Positions 1 to 11,890 of a stretch of DNA of 64,000 nt are shown here, piece after piece. This stretch comes from Eledone cirrhosa (taxonomy: Eukaryota). The translations under genes and the position numbers were made by a program. The notes below the pieces were generated by a model, which saw only the letters and a list, made by a program, of their open reading frames with translations, was not told where the DNA came from and searched no databases. Each line of letters opens with the position of its first letter. The first letter of the stretch is position 1. Location: assembly GCA_964016885.1 (NCBI GenBank), contig OZ024740.1, positions 214,148,001 to 214,212,000 on the forward strand. The letters run 5' to 3'.

Positions 1-668
1 CACCCGTACCAAATCCGCAATCAGTATGTTGATTTTGGTATGGTCCGAAATGGCCGAGTTTCGGTGGATCAGATGTTTGGAAGTCATGGGTTTGGCATAA
101 TGGGAATGGAGGATTTGTTTTTGGTTGTTAATGGTATCTAACCAGAGCTCTGTGTCTAGTACAGGTAATCGATGGTTGGGGTGTCTACTTGGGTAGTCTA
201 TAGTAACTCTAATGCTCTGGTGGATGGAGTTTGCTATTTGCTGGATGCTTTCCATTGTGTTTTTCTCTAGTTCCTGACTGTTCTTTAGTGGGGGTGTCTT
301 AACTGCGATGTTTATATCATCTACGTAGCGGGAGTACATTATCAGGGTTAAGCTGTCTTCTAATTGTTCATTAAGTTTTTGTTTAAGTCTACTGTCCCAC
401 CATACCATGAATAAGTTAGCTATGTCGCCTGCAATGCTAACACCAATGGCTGCTCCTTCCTCTTGGGCATATGTTTTACCATTAAATTTGAACATATGTT
501 CCTTAAGGGTTAATTTTATACTGGCCCCTACCGCATGTGCAATCATTTTCTTCAGTTCATCGTGGTTTTCGGGTGTCCGTATGGCTCTGGTCCACCCGTT
601 CCATCTATCTGTGTGGGTTTTCTTGGCCATTGAGGTAATGGTAGGTGGTCTGCCTCTTGCTGGTCTTG
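1..668 (-). pseudogene. Penelope-like element (family A) reverse transcriptase core, 5'-truncated, running off the left edge
   Basis: Manual minus-strand translation is open: RGRPPTITS...EHMFKFNGKTYAQEEGAAIGVSIAGDIANLFMVWWD...SRYVDDINI...LPVLDTELW...HYAKP. This matches PLE RT motifs (Q..G.A.G, YVDD, LD). It is absent from the ORF track, probably because its stop lies outside the window. Confidence 0.88.
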
Positions 669-1073
669 TACCCGTTCCAAAGACCCTCATGTATAGATAA
701 GAAATGTATAACCTGTAAAATAAGCCCCCATATTAACTGTAAAACTAGAAATGTAGTGTATAGCATAAGATGTACTGAAGGACAATGTAGAAACAAAAAT
801 ATAGTGTACATAGGGGAGACAGCTCGTAGTATAGGGGAACGAATAAATGAACACTGGCGAGACCTCCAAGATAATAAAGAATCATCTGTGCTCTACCAAC
901 ATGCTAAGATAGAACACAGGGGTAGATTAGAGAGCATAGAAATAAAAATAGAATCCACGCACAGAAAAGACGCAATGTTTAGGCAAATTACAGAGGCAGT
1001 AAGCATAAAAGAATTAAAACCAAAATTAAATAGAAAATATGAGTGGAACAGCAACATCACAACTTACAATTAA
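669..1073 (+). pseudogene. Family A PLE GIY-YIG endonuclease (inverted arm)
   Basis: PFQRPSCIDKKCITC...CKTRNVVYSIRC...YIGETARSIGERINEH...LYQHA..EH...RQITEA...PKLN: Cys-rich linker plus GIY-YIG (VY/YIG, R..EH, E, LN). Confidence 0.92.
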
Positions 1074-1350
1074 GGACAAAATGAAAACACACACACACAT
1101 AGAACAAACAACTTACAATTGAAAACACAGACAAAATGAAAACACACACAGGACAAAATGAAAACACACACACACATAGAACAAACAACCAACCAACAAT
1201 AAATAAATAAACAAATAGAAAAATGAACACAAACACACACAGACACCCGGATGTGACACATGCGCAAACTGAGCACACAACACACACACAGAAACAAAAT
1301 GGCGTAGGATAGAAGAAAGAAAAGGCACAGAAACGAAGAAAGGAATCCCC

Positions 1351-1395
1351 AGTCACTGAAGAGGTCACAGAGTGTGTGACGAAAGGACTATGACT
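1351..1395 (+). ncRNA. Type I minimal hammerhead ribozyme (family A)
   Basis: AGTCA-CTGAAGA-G-GTCAC-agagtgt-GTGAC-GAAA-GGAC-TA/TGACT. Stems I and II are perfect. Predicted cut after CUA (1390). Confidence 0.85.
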
Positions 1396-1562
1396 ATATA
1401 TATAAACAACTATCTGGTTGTGGAACCAACCAACCAACCAGAAATTTATAATTTATAAGTTTGTAGATTTGTAAATTTATGAATTTATAAATATATAATA
1501 AATTGAAGTGAAAGCAACTGGTGCGTGTGTTTCTTATTGGCAACATGACCCTCCCAAAGTAT

Positions 1563-1656
<94 letters not shown>

Positions 1657-1657
<1 letters not shown>

Positions 1658-2576
1658 AAAGTTTACATATATATATACATACACATACATATACGTGTTT
1701 TGCAACTGGTCACTTTGTGGCTCAATGAAAAATTAATAAATTAAACAATCAGAGCTATATATCATAAAACATGTCTATAGAATCACAAGATAAAATATAT
1801 ACTCTTTCCTCTCTCAATTAGCATAATTAACTATATAAAAAATCGAATAGACCAGGCTATACGAATGAGGCTTCTATGAAGGAATCTCCGACAAATAACC
1901 AAAACTAGCGCTTCGCGTCGGCCGTAGCGGAATATTTATCGAATATTTCGACAGCGTAATCGCCTAGATACAGTCAACTAAGCAGAATTAGGTTTAAAAT
2001 AAACTAGGAGAAAATAGAATACATTTAAATACCTCTACCATGGTTTCGTCCGTGTTTTGAGTTTTCCAATAATTATGTAATAATTATATAAACTCGAGCG
2101 CCGGATTCTTCAGGAAGCTCGCTCATATCTAGACATTAAATTTTCCAAATCGATCGCGCCAAGAATTCATTTCAAAATGGCTAAAAATCGTGACGTAGTC
2201 GCGGTCAAGTTGGAAGGGGTGTGGTAGTTGCTTACGACTGGTGGCATTTTTGCTAGAAAGCACAGCACAATACAGCCAAATTTGTATCTCAACCTAGTGG
2301 GAGATTATTACATATAAAAGTTTACATATATATATACATACATATACGTGTTTTGCAACTGGTCACTTTGTGGCTCAATGAAAATTTAATAAATTAAACA
2401 ATCAGAGCTATATATCATAAAACATGTCTATAGAATCACAAGATAAAATATATACTATTTCCTCTCCCAATTAGCATAATTAACTTTATAAAAAATTTAT
2501 ATAGTTAATTATGCTAATTGGGAGAGGAAATAGTATATATTTTATCTTGTGATTCTATAGACATGTTTTATGATAT
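1657..2576 (-). mobile_element. Non-coding HHR-bearing element (family I): ~659-bp unit with direct terminal repeat and a short fold-back arm
   Basis: 1657-1843 is repeated directly at 2316-2496. 2497-2576 is the reverse complement of the preceding ~80 bp. There is an internal HHR and no ORF. Confidence 0.7.
2031..2118 (-). ncRNA. Type I hammerhead ribozyme (family I)
   Basis: Minus strand: GCTTC-CTGAAGA-aTCCG...GAGTTT...AAACTC...CGGAc-GAAA-CCATGG-TA/GAGGT. Stem III is the palindrome ACCATGGT. There is an A.C mismatch at the base of stem II. Confidence 0.78.
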
Positions 2577-2592
2577 CCGCAGCGCCCTTATT

Positions 2593-2880
2593 ATCATCAT
2601 CATCATCATCATCATCATCAACGTTTAACGTCCGTGTTCCACGCTTGCATGGGTTTGGACGGGGGTAGTCCCACTTGAGGCAAGAGTGATTGTCTTGCTC
2701 GCATAGGACTGTCTGGCGGGTTTTCTACAGTTGGATGCCCTTCCCAACACCAACCACATTTACAGTGTGGGTCTGGGAGGTTTTTACCGTGTTGCCTACA
2801 CGGCCACATTACAGCGTGGACTGTGTGTTTTTTTGTCGTGACACCTACACGATCTCATTTGTTTCGGCCTGGATGGCGCG
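2593..2880 (-). mobile_element. SINE/LINE-tail fragment with (GAT)n tail
   Basis: Minus strand ends ACCCATGCAAGCGTGGAACACGGACGTTAAACGTT(GAT)n. The same 3' end occurs at 29420-29472 (+) behind RTE-like coding sequence. Confidence 0.6.
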
Positions 2881-2925
2881 GCACCAACATAACTTTACAT
2901 AGAACGGGAATTATTAATAACAATA

Positions 2926-3095
2926 TACCATATTTGCCGGCCTATTGGACGCCCCTTCGCATAAGACACTCCCTATTCTTTTTTTTTTACGTTATATTTT
3001 GACGTTTAAGGTATTTTTATGGACCACGTCCAATATTCGCGGTTTCACTCTTCGCGGGTGGTCTAGGAACGTAACCTCCACGAATACCGGGGGAC

Positions 3096-3100
<5 letters not shown>
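2926..3100. mobile_element. pogo/Tigger-like DNA transposon end fragments
   Basis: TACCATATTTGCCGGCCTATTGGACG and GGAACGTAACCTCCACGAATACCGGGGGACAACTATA resemble Tc1/pogo MITE termini. A related inverted end lies at ~47438-47461. Confidence 0.35.
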
Positions 3101-3132
<32 letters not shown>

Positions 3133-3170
3133 AGTGAGAAATGAAATTTCGTTTCATTCTTTTCCATTTA

Positions 3171-4451
3171 TCTATATATATAAAACAGAGGATGTCTGTC
3201 TGTGTGTCTGTTTCCCTAAAACTCGAGAAGTACCCAACCGTTTTTTTTCAAACTTTACACATGTAACCCGTATGGCCCCGGAAGTGCTTTGAGCAAAAGG
3301 AATTTCAAATTATTCTGACCTAGGGATCGAATTAGTGAAGTGGCCAATGTCTGTACATAATGAGGAAGTGAGAGGGGAGAGAAAGAAACGGAGAGGCGAA
3401 GTGAAGAAGTGACTCTCTACTCCTCCTCCTCCGTCACAGTGTTTTTCGATAGAGGGGAGAAATGTGAACGAGTTACAAAGAGAAAGAGTGAGAGTGAAAG
3501 AAACAGACAGACTAAAAGAGGGGGATAGCGGGAGAGAGAGAGAGAGAGAGAGAGTGACAGACGCAGTCTTTTGAGAGTTGTATGCGTCAAAGATACATGG
3601 CAGTGGAATAACTATTGCGTGTGTGTGTACGTGTGTGCGTGTGTGTGTGAGTTTGTGTGCGTTTGCATGCGTGAGTGTGTATGTGTGTGTGAGTGATTAT
3701 AAACTCTCTCACATGGTCTGATGGAATTAACTAATTTACATTACTCTATATATACTATATCATTTTCATGGTAAAGGCTTTATCTCACATAATATAAAAA
3801 TCTCATAGATTTAATATTATTTATTTTTAGAACAATACCTTAACCCTTTAGTATTAATGTGAGTGAGTTATAAAGAGAAAGAGTGAGAGTGAAAGAAACA
3901 GACAGACTAAAAGAGGGGGATAGCGGGTGAGAGAGAGAGAGACGCTGGAAGAGGGGAAGGAAAGGTATATGTCTTGCTGTCTGCATTACGATACATATAT
4001 ATATACACACACTGATGGCGTCATAATGACGTAATGCAGACAGCCAGACATACAGACAGATATTACAAGGGCGCAACGTTATATCTATGTATCTATCTAA
4101 AAAGAAAGACTAAGAATTATAGAGAGAGATCACTAAATCGCCTAATGCGGTCCCTAGGGCATTGCAAATTTGAAATACCTTTTGCTCAAAACACTCACAG
4201 GACCATAAATATTACATGTGTAAAGTTTGAAAACAATTGGTTGGGTGGTTCTCAAGTTTTAGTGAGCTGACAGACAGACATTCTCTGTTTTAGATATATA
4301 GATATATATATAATTATATATTCGTGTACAGATATTTTTGCATACACAATAACAAAATATAAATAAACATATTTATTTCACGAGGCTCAATAAGGATAAA
4401 TATATATCAAATATATAAGAACCCTAGAACAACGCCGAGCCATTCTGCTAG
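3171..4451 (+). mobile_element. Non-autonomous Helitron-like element
   Basis: Starts A|TCTATATATATAAAACAGAGGATGTCTGTCTG and ends CAACGCCGAGCCATTCTGCTAG|T (5'-TC, 3'-CTAG, A|T target). A second TC-type 5' end follows at 4452. Confidence 0.55.
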
Positions 4452-4736
4452 TCTCCTTATAATATATAACCAGCAATTTCTCTGTCTGTCTGTCCGACAG
4501 TGGAAACATGTGCGCGCGTGGTTGCTATCTCTCTCTCTCTCAAGCTATCCCTCTCTTTTAGTCTGTCTGTTTCTCTCACTCTCACTCTTTCTCTTTGTAA
4601 CACACTAACCTTCCTCCCCTCTATCGCTGTGACGAATGGGGAGATGGAGGAGGAGGTGGAGGAGAGAGTCACTTCGTCACTTCACCTCTGCCTTTCTTTC
4701 TCTCCCCTCTCACTCCCTCATTACGTACAGACATTA

Positions 4737-4886
4737 GGGCGGTGGATTGGCAGAATCTGTAGAGAGTCGGACACCATGCTTCATAGCATGGCGTTACGTC
4801 CCTTTACGGTCTGAGTTCAAATACCGTTGAGGTTAACTTTGCCTTTCATCCTCACGGGGTCGATAAAATAAAGTACCAGTAATGTA
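4737..4886 (+). mobile_element. tRNA-derived SINE (abundant family)
   Basis: GGGCGGTGGATTGGCAGAAT (A-box-like)...GAGTTCAAATACC (B box)...CTTTGCCTTTCATCC...GTCGATAAAATAAAGTACCAGT. Eight copies in the window. Confidence 0.8.
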
Positions 4887-5029
4887 CACATATTTACACA
4901 TATTTTTTCCTCTGCTGCTACACCGTCTTTTTCGTTCTATGTATCTTTAGCCTTTCTAGCAGTCTCTCTCTCTGTTAGCCTCTTCCTCACCCTTCACTCA
5001 CTCATTCTCTGTCACTACCTCTCCTCCTC

Positions 5030-5464
5030 CTCCTCTTTCTTCCCGTTTGACCTGTGAGTAATTCTTTTCTCTCACATTCTCGGCCAAGCTGGTCGGAATT
5101 TTTTTTCTCTCTCGTCTACGATTTCACAGAACTGATGTTTACCGAATTCGCAGACCAGACCCCTTCTTCCTCCCGTTAGACCTGTGCGAAATTCCTTCCT
5201 TGCTCACATTTCAACCAGGTTTGATGGTCTTTATTCTCTCGTTCACGATTTCACCGAACTTAAATTCATAGAAATCTGGGACTTGTCTCCTTCTTCCTCA
5301 CTTTCTGTTGCTTCACCATTTTGTTTGTTTACCCTCGCGTCCCCTTTATTTACGTGTCCCAACGACTTTTTTTAGCCGTTGCTCGCACCAACCGGAGGTA
5401 TATGGTCTTTAAAGCGATGAAATGCCTATGATAGTTGGAAGATCACTGATGAAGGACAAACTTT

Positions 5465-5470
<6 letters not shown>
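5030..5470 (+). mobile_element. Non-coding repeat family J (probable PLE-type pLTR fragment)
   Basis: Homologous to 42110-42475 (minus) and 46216-46400 (minus). Ends at (TA)n and contains HHR-like words (GAAA, CTGATGA). Confidence 0.6.
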
Positions 5471-5503
<33 letters not shown>

Positions 5504-5704
5504 GTTCAAGAGTAACCAATCTTAAAGAGAGAGATGGAGATAGGAGAGGAGATAGGAGAGGAGAGATTGGTGAATTAGTTAGAAGCCAAAGCGTAAAGGC
5601 ATGTGCTCAATGTGCAATATGCAGTAGAAAGCAGCTAGGTGCCTGGGTTCATGCAGAAGTTAGGCGCGCCTATTTGCAGTCCACAATTGCACTAATCGGG
5701 GCAT

Positions 5705-7722
5705 TGATTTGCTAAAAAAACAATTACATAGATTCTTCAAAAATAACGGTCTCTCTATCACCATCGAGCCGAACCATAAAGTAGTAAACTTCCTAGACGT
5801 CACCCTGGATCTCAACAATAACCTATATTACCCTTACCATAAACCAGGTGAAATACTCACATATATTAGCCCACACTCTAACCACCCACCGGCAGTCATC
5901 AGAGCAGTAATCAAATCTATCTCGTATAGGATCTCCATGCTTCAGCAAATGAGGAGATATTTATAAGCCATGCACAATATTATAATAAGGCTCTTTCTGA
6001 ATCTACTTATGAACAATCCATTTACTACATACCTAAATGCCATAACACAGCAATTCACCATAATAAACTTAACACTAGAACTAGAAATACCTTAGCATAT
6101 AGCCAGATTCGCCGGAATTTTAGCAGTTACAGCACCTATACAGGGAACTTTAATGGTGGCAGCGGCCTGCTCCCCACTCCAACTAGCAAACTAAAAATCA
6201 ACCCTAGAATAGGAATGAGAAATTGGATGACAAATAACAAATCCCCAGGTAATAATAAACCTAGGAAGGCCCCTACCAACTCCACTAGAACCCCTAGAAG
6301 GAATAGGCCTAGAAATATCATCTGGCTTAACCCCCAATTCTCATCTAATCTAGCCACTAATATCCCAAAATGCTTCTTCTCTATCCTATCTAAACATTTC
6401 CCCCAACCATAGATATTACAAACTCTTTAATAAAAATAACATTAAAATCTCATTCTCCACAACACCTAACCTAGCTAGCCACATCGCATTCAGTAACCAT
6501 CATAAACTAAGACAGTATAACTCCCACACCGCGGTACCACCACCCCTATCAAATACACCACGCCACTACACCAATACTTACTCTAGTAGCACACCTCCCC
6601 CATCTAATCCTTCTAACACTGACCAACCGCTTAGGTTAAACTACCCTACTCTCACTAACCGCAGAAGCAACTGCAACTGCCCTTACCCTAATACATGCCC
6701 ACTAAATGGACACTGCCTGACACCCAACATAGTCTATAGGTGCACGGTTAAAACTGCTTCGAATACCAGCTCCTATATCGGGTCTACCTCTAACTCTTTT
6801 AAGGTTCGCTATAACGCACACTCTTTTTCCTTCCGAGACCTTAACAACAGATGTTCGACATCTCTAGCTAGGCTCATTAAAAACCTTAAATTAACCAACA
6901 TTGAACACTCACTAACATGGGATATTTTAGCTAGGACCCAACCGTTCAATGGACGAAGAAAATCTTGTGATCTCTGTATTACCGAAGCATATTACATAAC
7001 TCTATCACGACCTCTACCGATTAACGTTAGAACGGAGGTAACTATTAGCTGTCAACATCGAAGGGCTAATTCCTTCGCCAACAGAATATTTGACCCAACA
7101 TAGTCATCTAGCGCCATTTTTACTTGTAGCTAATAAGTTAAATAGCTATAACTAACCTAGATAATTATAAGTTACCTCCCCTACATTGTCTCTCAATAAA
7201 AAAAAAAAAATAACACTTAACTATAAACTACCCACAATTTCTAATCTCTCGAGGAGTTACTTCCCCTGAAACCACCCTCTAATTAGTAAGGTAAATATGT
7301 CCATTGGCGGCCATCTTGTTACCCATAGGCAGATCTCACACAATGCAGCCTCGACAGATGAATACTGCTTGATTATGGCTGACAATTGATACACCCAGGA
7401 CACCATAGTGAAATGCCAATATATGGAACATTACATTATGTAACATTCTCTCCTTATCTTAATTTATATTCCTTTGAAGTTCCGATGAGCCTCTCTGTTT
7501 TTAAATACGTTAATTATTTTCAACTGAACCAGATCAATAATGATATATAGTCATTTGATCCAGAAATATTATATGGAGTAACGAAACAATTGTAAACGGA
7601 CATTATTAGTATTAATATTATTATTATTATTCTCTACATTCCTTACATCAAACTAAAATATGTTGACAATCTTTTAATAATGTCTTCCTTGTGAAATGTG
7701 TGGTCTTGTTTTGCTTAACTAA

Positions 7723-7727
<5 letters not shown>
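5705..7727 (+). mobile_element. PLE family B1, 5'-truncated and frameshifted (RT thumb, IIWxNP linker, GIY-YIG ending at TAG 7103, 3' UTR)
   Basis: KVVNFLDVTLDL...YHKP...SNHPP; RNIIWLNPQFS; manual translation from ~6665 gives SNCNCPYPNTCPLNGHCLTPNIVYRCTV...YIGSTSNSFKVRYNAH...CDLCITE. Ends at (TA)n. Confidence 0.88.
7479..7597 (+). ncRNA. Degenerate hammerhead ribozyme (family B1)
   Basis: GTT-CCGATGA-G...C-GAAA-CAATTG-TA/AAC. Stem III is the palindrome ACAATTGT. Core has U4C and the long stem II pairs poorly. Confidence 0.45.
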
Positions 7728-7790
<63 letters not shown>

Positions 7791-7917
7791 AAAGTTCTAT
7801 TTAAATTGTTGGGATACAACAAGCAAATATTTTTATAACTGATATAAAGCACTCGACAAGTATTTGGAGTAGATATACGATATTAACAAATGGAAACTAT
7901 ATTTATAAAACCATATT

Positions 7918-7982
7918 TATTTCATTATACATATTTCAAGGATACCAAGTTAAATTATGGTATGCCTTCATCAGACAAAATA
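7918..7982 (-). ncRNA. Type I hammerhead ribozyme (B2, inverted arm)
   Basis: Reverse complement of 13475-13539. Confidence 0.72.
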
Positions 7983-10303
7983 CAATATATACCAGTTTTA
8001 TAAATAAACATTGACGTACCCTTTCAAAATGCGACCATTACTTTTGGACGACATCAGGATAGTGGTTTGTTTATTTTAGTAAGTTGTTGTGTTAAGGATA
8101 AGTAAAAAGACGGAGAGATAGAGAGAAACGTGGAGAAAAGAAAAGGAGAGATAAATAAAGAAAAAAGAAGAAAGGAAAGAAAAAAGAAAAAAAGAAAACA
8201 GAGGAAAACAACAGAGAGATATCAAACCACCAGACAGAGAGAAAAAACTAAAGAGAGAGAAATATAGAGATAGAGAGAGGGGGAGAGAACGAAAACCTTA
8301 AGTCATGTCATATTAAGTTGAGTAACATTTGAGATGAAATGAATAAATAAAATTAGAAATATTAATATTCATGAATGGAATATACATATATAATATGAGA
8401 AATTAATCATTGTTTAATTATGATTAGATATTTAGTTTAACAATTGAGATCAATATATTAAAAATTGGAATTTAAACATTACAAAATATATATATTCCTA
8501 GAGAAATTACCTATCGTATATCACGTACACATAGGCAAAGATACATAAATATATATATACACACACACTCGGAAAATACACATTATATCCACTCCCGCAT
8601 ATAACATATACATACAAAGCATAATCGATTTTTTTTATTACTGCTATACATTCCTTGTGTTATTAAATACAAATTTTTAGTATATATATATAAATATATA
8701 GGATTAACTTTCATGCATTTATGGCTGTTAAATTATGCATATCTGCAATCAAAACTGCATGGGTAAGCATGCACACACACAATTCTTAGCTATACATATA
8801 TAAATATGTGTGTGCATCTTCACCCAATTGGTAGACACGTGTCACTCATGCATATATACAGACAGACATATATTCATAAAAAAGCATATAACACATATAT
8901 ATGTATGTTAATACACATATATAGATACATAATCGTATAGAGATAAGTACACATCAATATATTACATAGTACAATTGAGTATATAAAATACAAAAGGATT
9001 ATATTTTGGAAATATAATTATATCAATCTAACTTAAAAGGCAAACGAATTCTACAAATATCAAAATATTAAAATATTTTAAAGTATTATAGAATATTTTA
9101 AGCTAAAATAATAGGTTTAATAGATTTAGTATAGAAATTTATCTTACGTATATTTTAATTAAGATATTGAAAGGATAAACTTTTGAAAATTATGAGAAGC
9201 TATCAGAATAAAAACAAACCTAATGAAAAATAAATAAAATATTATATCAATATAACTTAAAAAACAAGGATTCTACATATATCAAAATATTAAAATGTTT
9301 TAAAATATTATATAATATTTTAAGCTAAAATATTATGTTTAATATATTTAGTATAGAGATTTATCTTACGTATATTTCATTCAAGATATTGAAAGGATAA
9401 ACTTTTCTAGAATAGTTTATTATATTTATATTTATATTTAGGAAGAAAATTTATACTTGAGTACTTAACCAAAGAAAATGAAAAAGGTGAAGGAATCTAA
9501 TGATTTATCGACAGGTTTCATATATTAACCAAATTACTTAATTAATTATACTACATTTTAAATTTATATTTATATTTAAACGTTGAGTTCAATCTATGTC
9601 TGCAGCAACTGAATAAATTATTCCTTAAATTAAGGGAATTTTTGGTCTTTAATATAAAGAATATTTCCTCTATACAAAAATCACAATTTTCTGAAGAGGA
9701 GTTAAAAGGAGTAGCTTTTGAAATAATATTCCAAATCAGCGAATATTCAACATTATCTCGTTTTAGGTCCCATAATAGGCTAGATAGCGAAGTTGAAGAT
9801 TTTTTGTTTGGATCCGTAAAAGAGTTTTTATGATTATTGAAGCAGGATTTAAATTCTGTAGAGGTAGAACCGACATAATTAAATGAATTTAAATTAGTTT
9901 TAACATTACAATTATAAACTACATTTTTAGCTAAGCAGTTGTTATTTAACGGACAGTTGGATTTATTTCTACAGTTACAATTATTCGATTGGATATTGCT
10001 TGGGTTATTATTGGTATTTTGGTTAGGTTTTAAATTTCTATTATTAATTCTATTAATATTTTGCGCTAAATTTTTGGTGGAAGAGTAAGTTAATTTTATA
10101 GTATGTCTATTAAAAATTGAGTAATATTTATGTGTTCTAGGGAAGCGTTTGTCAAGAGCTTTAAAGAATAGTTTAGCAATAGGGGTTTTAATATTTAGTG
10201 AGAAAGGAAGAGCGAACCATAATATATTCCTAGTTCTATTCCTTTTTCGGCTTTCAGAATTATTGTAATGTTTTCTATTATAGTTGTTAAAATTGTTACC
10301 ATA

Positions 10304-11890
10304 AATCTGACCTGGGCAGACTTAGCAAAAATATTCTAGACAGAATAATACAACAAATTAAGAATTTACCTAATTTATCTTACTTAAAATTATGGAAAGG
10401 GACTAGTGAGGTTATCGATTGGTTTAAACAAATTAAATATAACTATAATAAGTTTATTCAGTTGGATATTGCTAACTACTGCTCATCTATCACTCCTAAT
10501 CTACTGAATAAGGCACTAACTTACGCTTTTAAACATACAGACCTAACTAGCAATGAAATGCACATTATATTATCGGTACGGAAAACATTAATAGAATTTA
10601 ATAACAACTCTGGACTAGGGCAGATAGAAATAATAATTTCAACATAACTATGGGATCTTCAGACTCAGCTCAGGTAACGGACATTGTGGGCCTATTTATA
10701 ATTAATTCTCTACATAGAAAAATACCAGGTGTAACCGGAGGCTTATATCGTGACGACATGCTTTTACTTATAGAAAATAATAGCTGTGAACTAAATAGAA
10801 AAAGAAAACAAATTATACAATTTTTTAATTACCTTAATCTAAAAATAGAAATAGTGAATAACCATAAAATAGTCAATTTTCTAGATGTAACACTAAATCT
10901 CAACACATGTCTTCATTATCCATTTCACAAACTAAATGAGAACTTAAATTATGTCAATTTTAACTCCCAGATCCGTTAAAAATACTATAGTGAACTCTGT
11001 TCAAGAACGAATTTCAAGAATTTCATCTAATAAGAATATATTTGATGAAAAAGTGCATTATTACAACGAAGCGTTAGGTAGAGCTGGGTATAGAAATAAA
11101 ATTAAATACATCGATAATAATAATAATATACAAACTAACCAAAATAATAACAACTTTAATTATGGTAACAATTTTAACAACTATAATAGAAAACGTTACA
11201 ATAATTCCGAAAGCCGAAAAAAAATAGAACTAGGAATATATTATGGTTCGCTCCTCCTTTCTCACTAAATATTAAAACCCCTATTGCTAAACTATTCTTT
11301 AAAGCTCTTGACAAACGCTTCCCTAGAACACATAAATATTACTCAATTTTTAATAGACATACTATAAAATTAACTTACTCTTCCACCAAAAATTTAGCGC
11401 AAAATATTAATAGAATTAATAATAGAAATTTAAAACCTAACCAAAATACCTATAATAACCCAAGCAATATCCAATCGAATAATTGTAACTGTAGAAATAA
11501 TTCCAACTGTCCGTTAAATAATAACTGCTTAGCTAAAAATGTAGTTTATAATTGTAATGTTAAAACTAATTTAAATTCATTTAATTATGTCGGTTCTACC
11601 TCTACAGAATTTAAATCCCGCTTCAATAATCATAAAAACTCTTTTACTGATCCAAACAAAAAATCTTCAACTTCGCTATCTAGCCTATTATGGGACCTAA
11701 AACGAGATAATGTTGAATATTCGCTGATTTGGAATATTATTTCAAAAGCTACTCCTTTTAACTCCTCTTCAGAAAATTGTGATCTTTGTATAGAGGAAAT
11801 ATTCTTTATATTAAAGACCAAAAATTCCCTTAATTTAAGGAATAATTTATTCAGTTGCTGCAGACATAGATTGAACTCAACGTTTAAATA
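10304..11890 (+). pseudogene. Frameshifted PLE RT-EN ORF (family B2)
   Basis: ORF pieces 10462-10647, 10650-10979 and 10951-11268, plus the downstream GIY-YIG segment read manually. Confidence 0.88.

Larger units (their letters stand above)
669..1568 (+). mobile_element. Family A PLE 3' arm (EN, 3' UTR, HHR) ending at (TA)n
   Basis: The 3' UTR is homologous to 42670-43170 (minus) and 52400-52960 (minus). It ends ...ATGACCCTCCCAAAGTATAACAATAT(AT)n. Confidence 0.85.
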
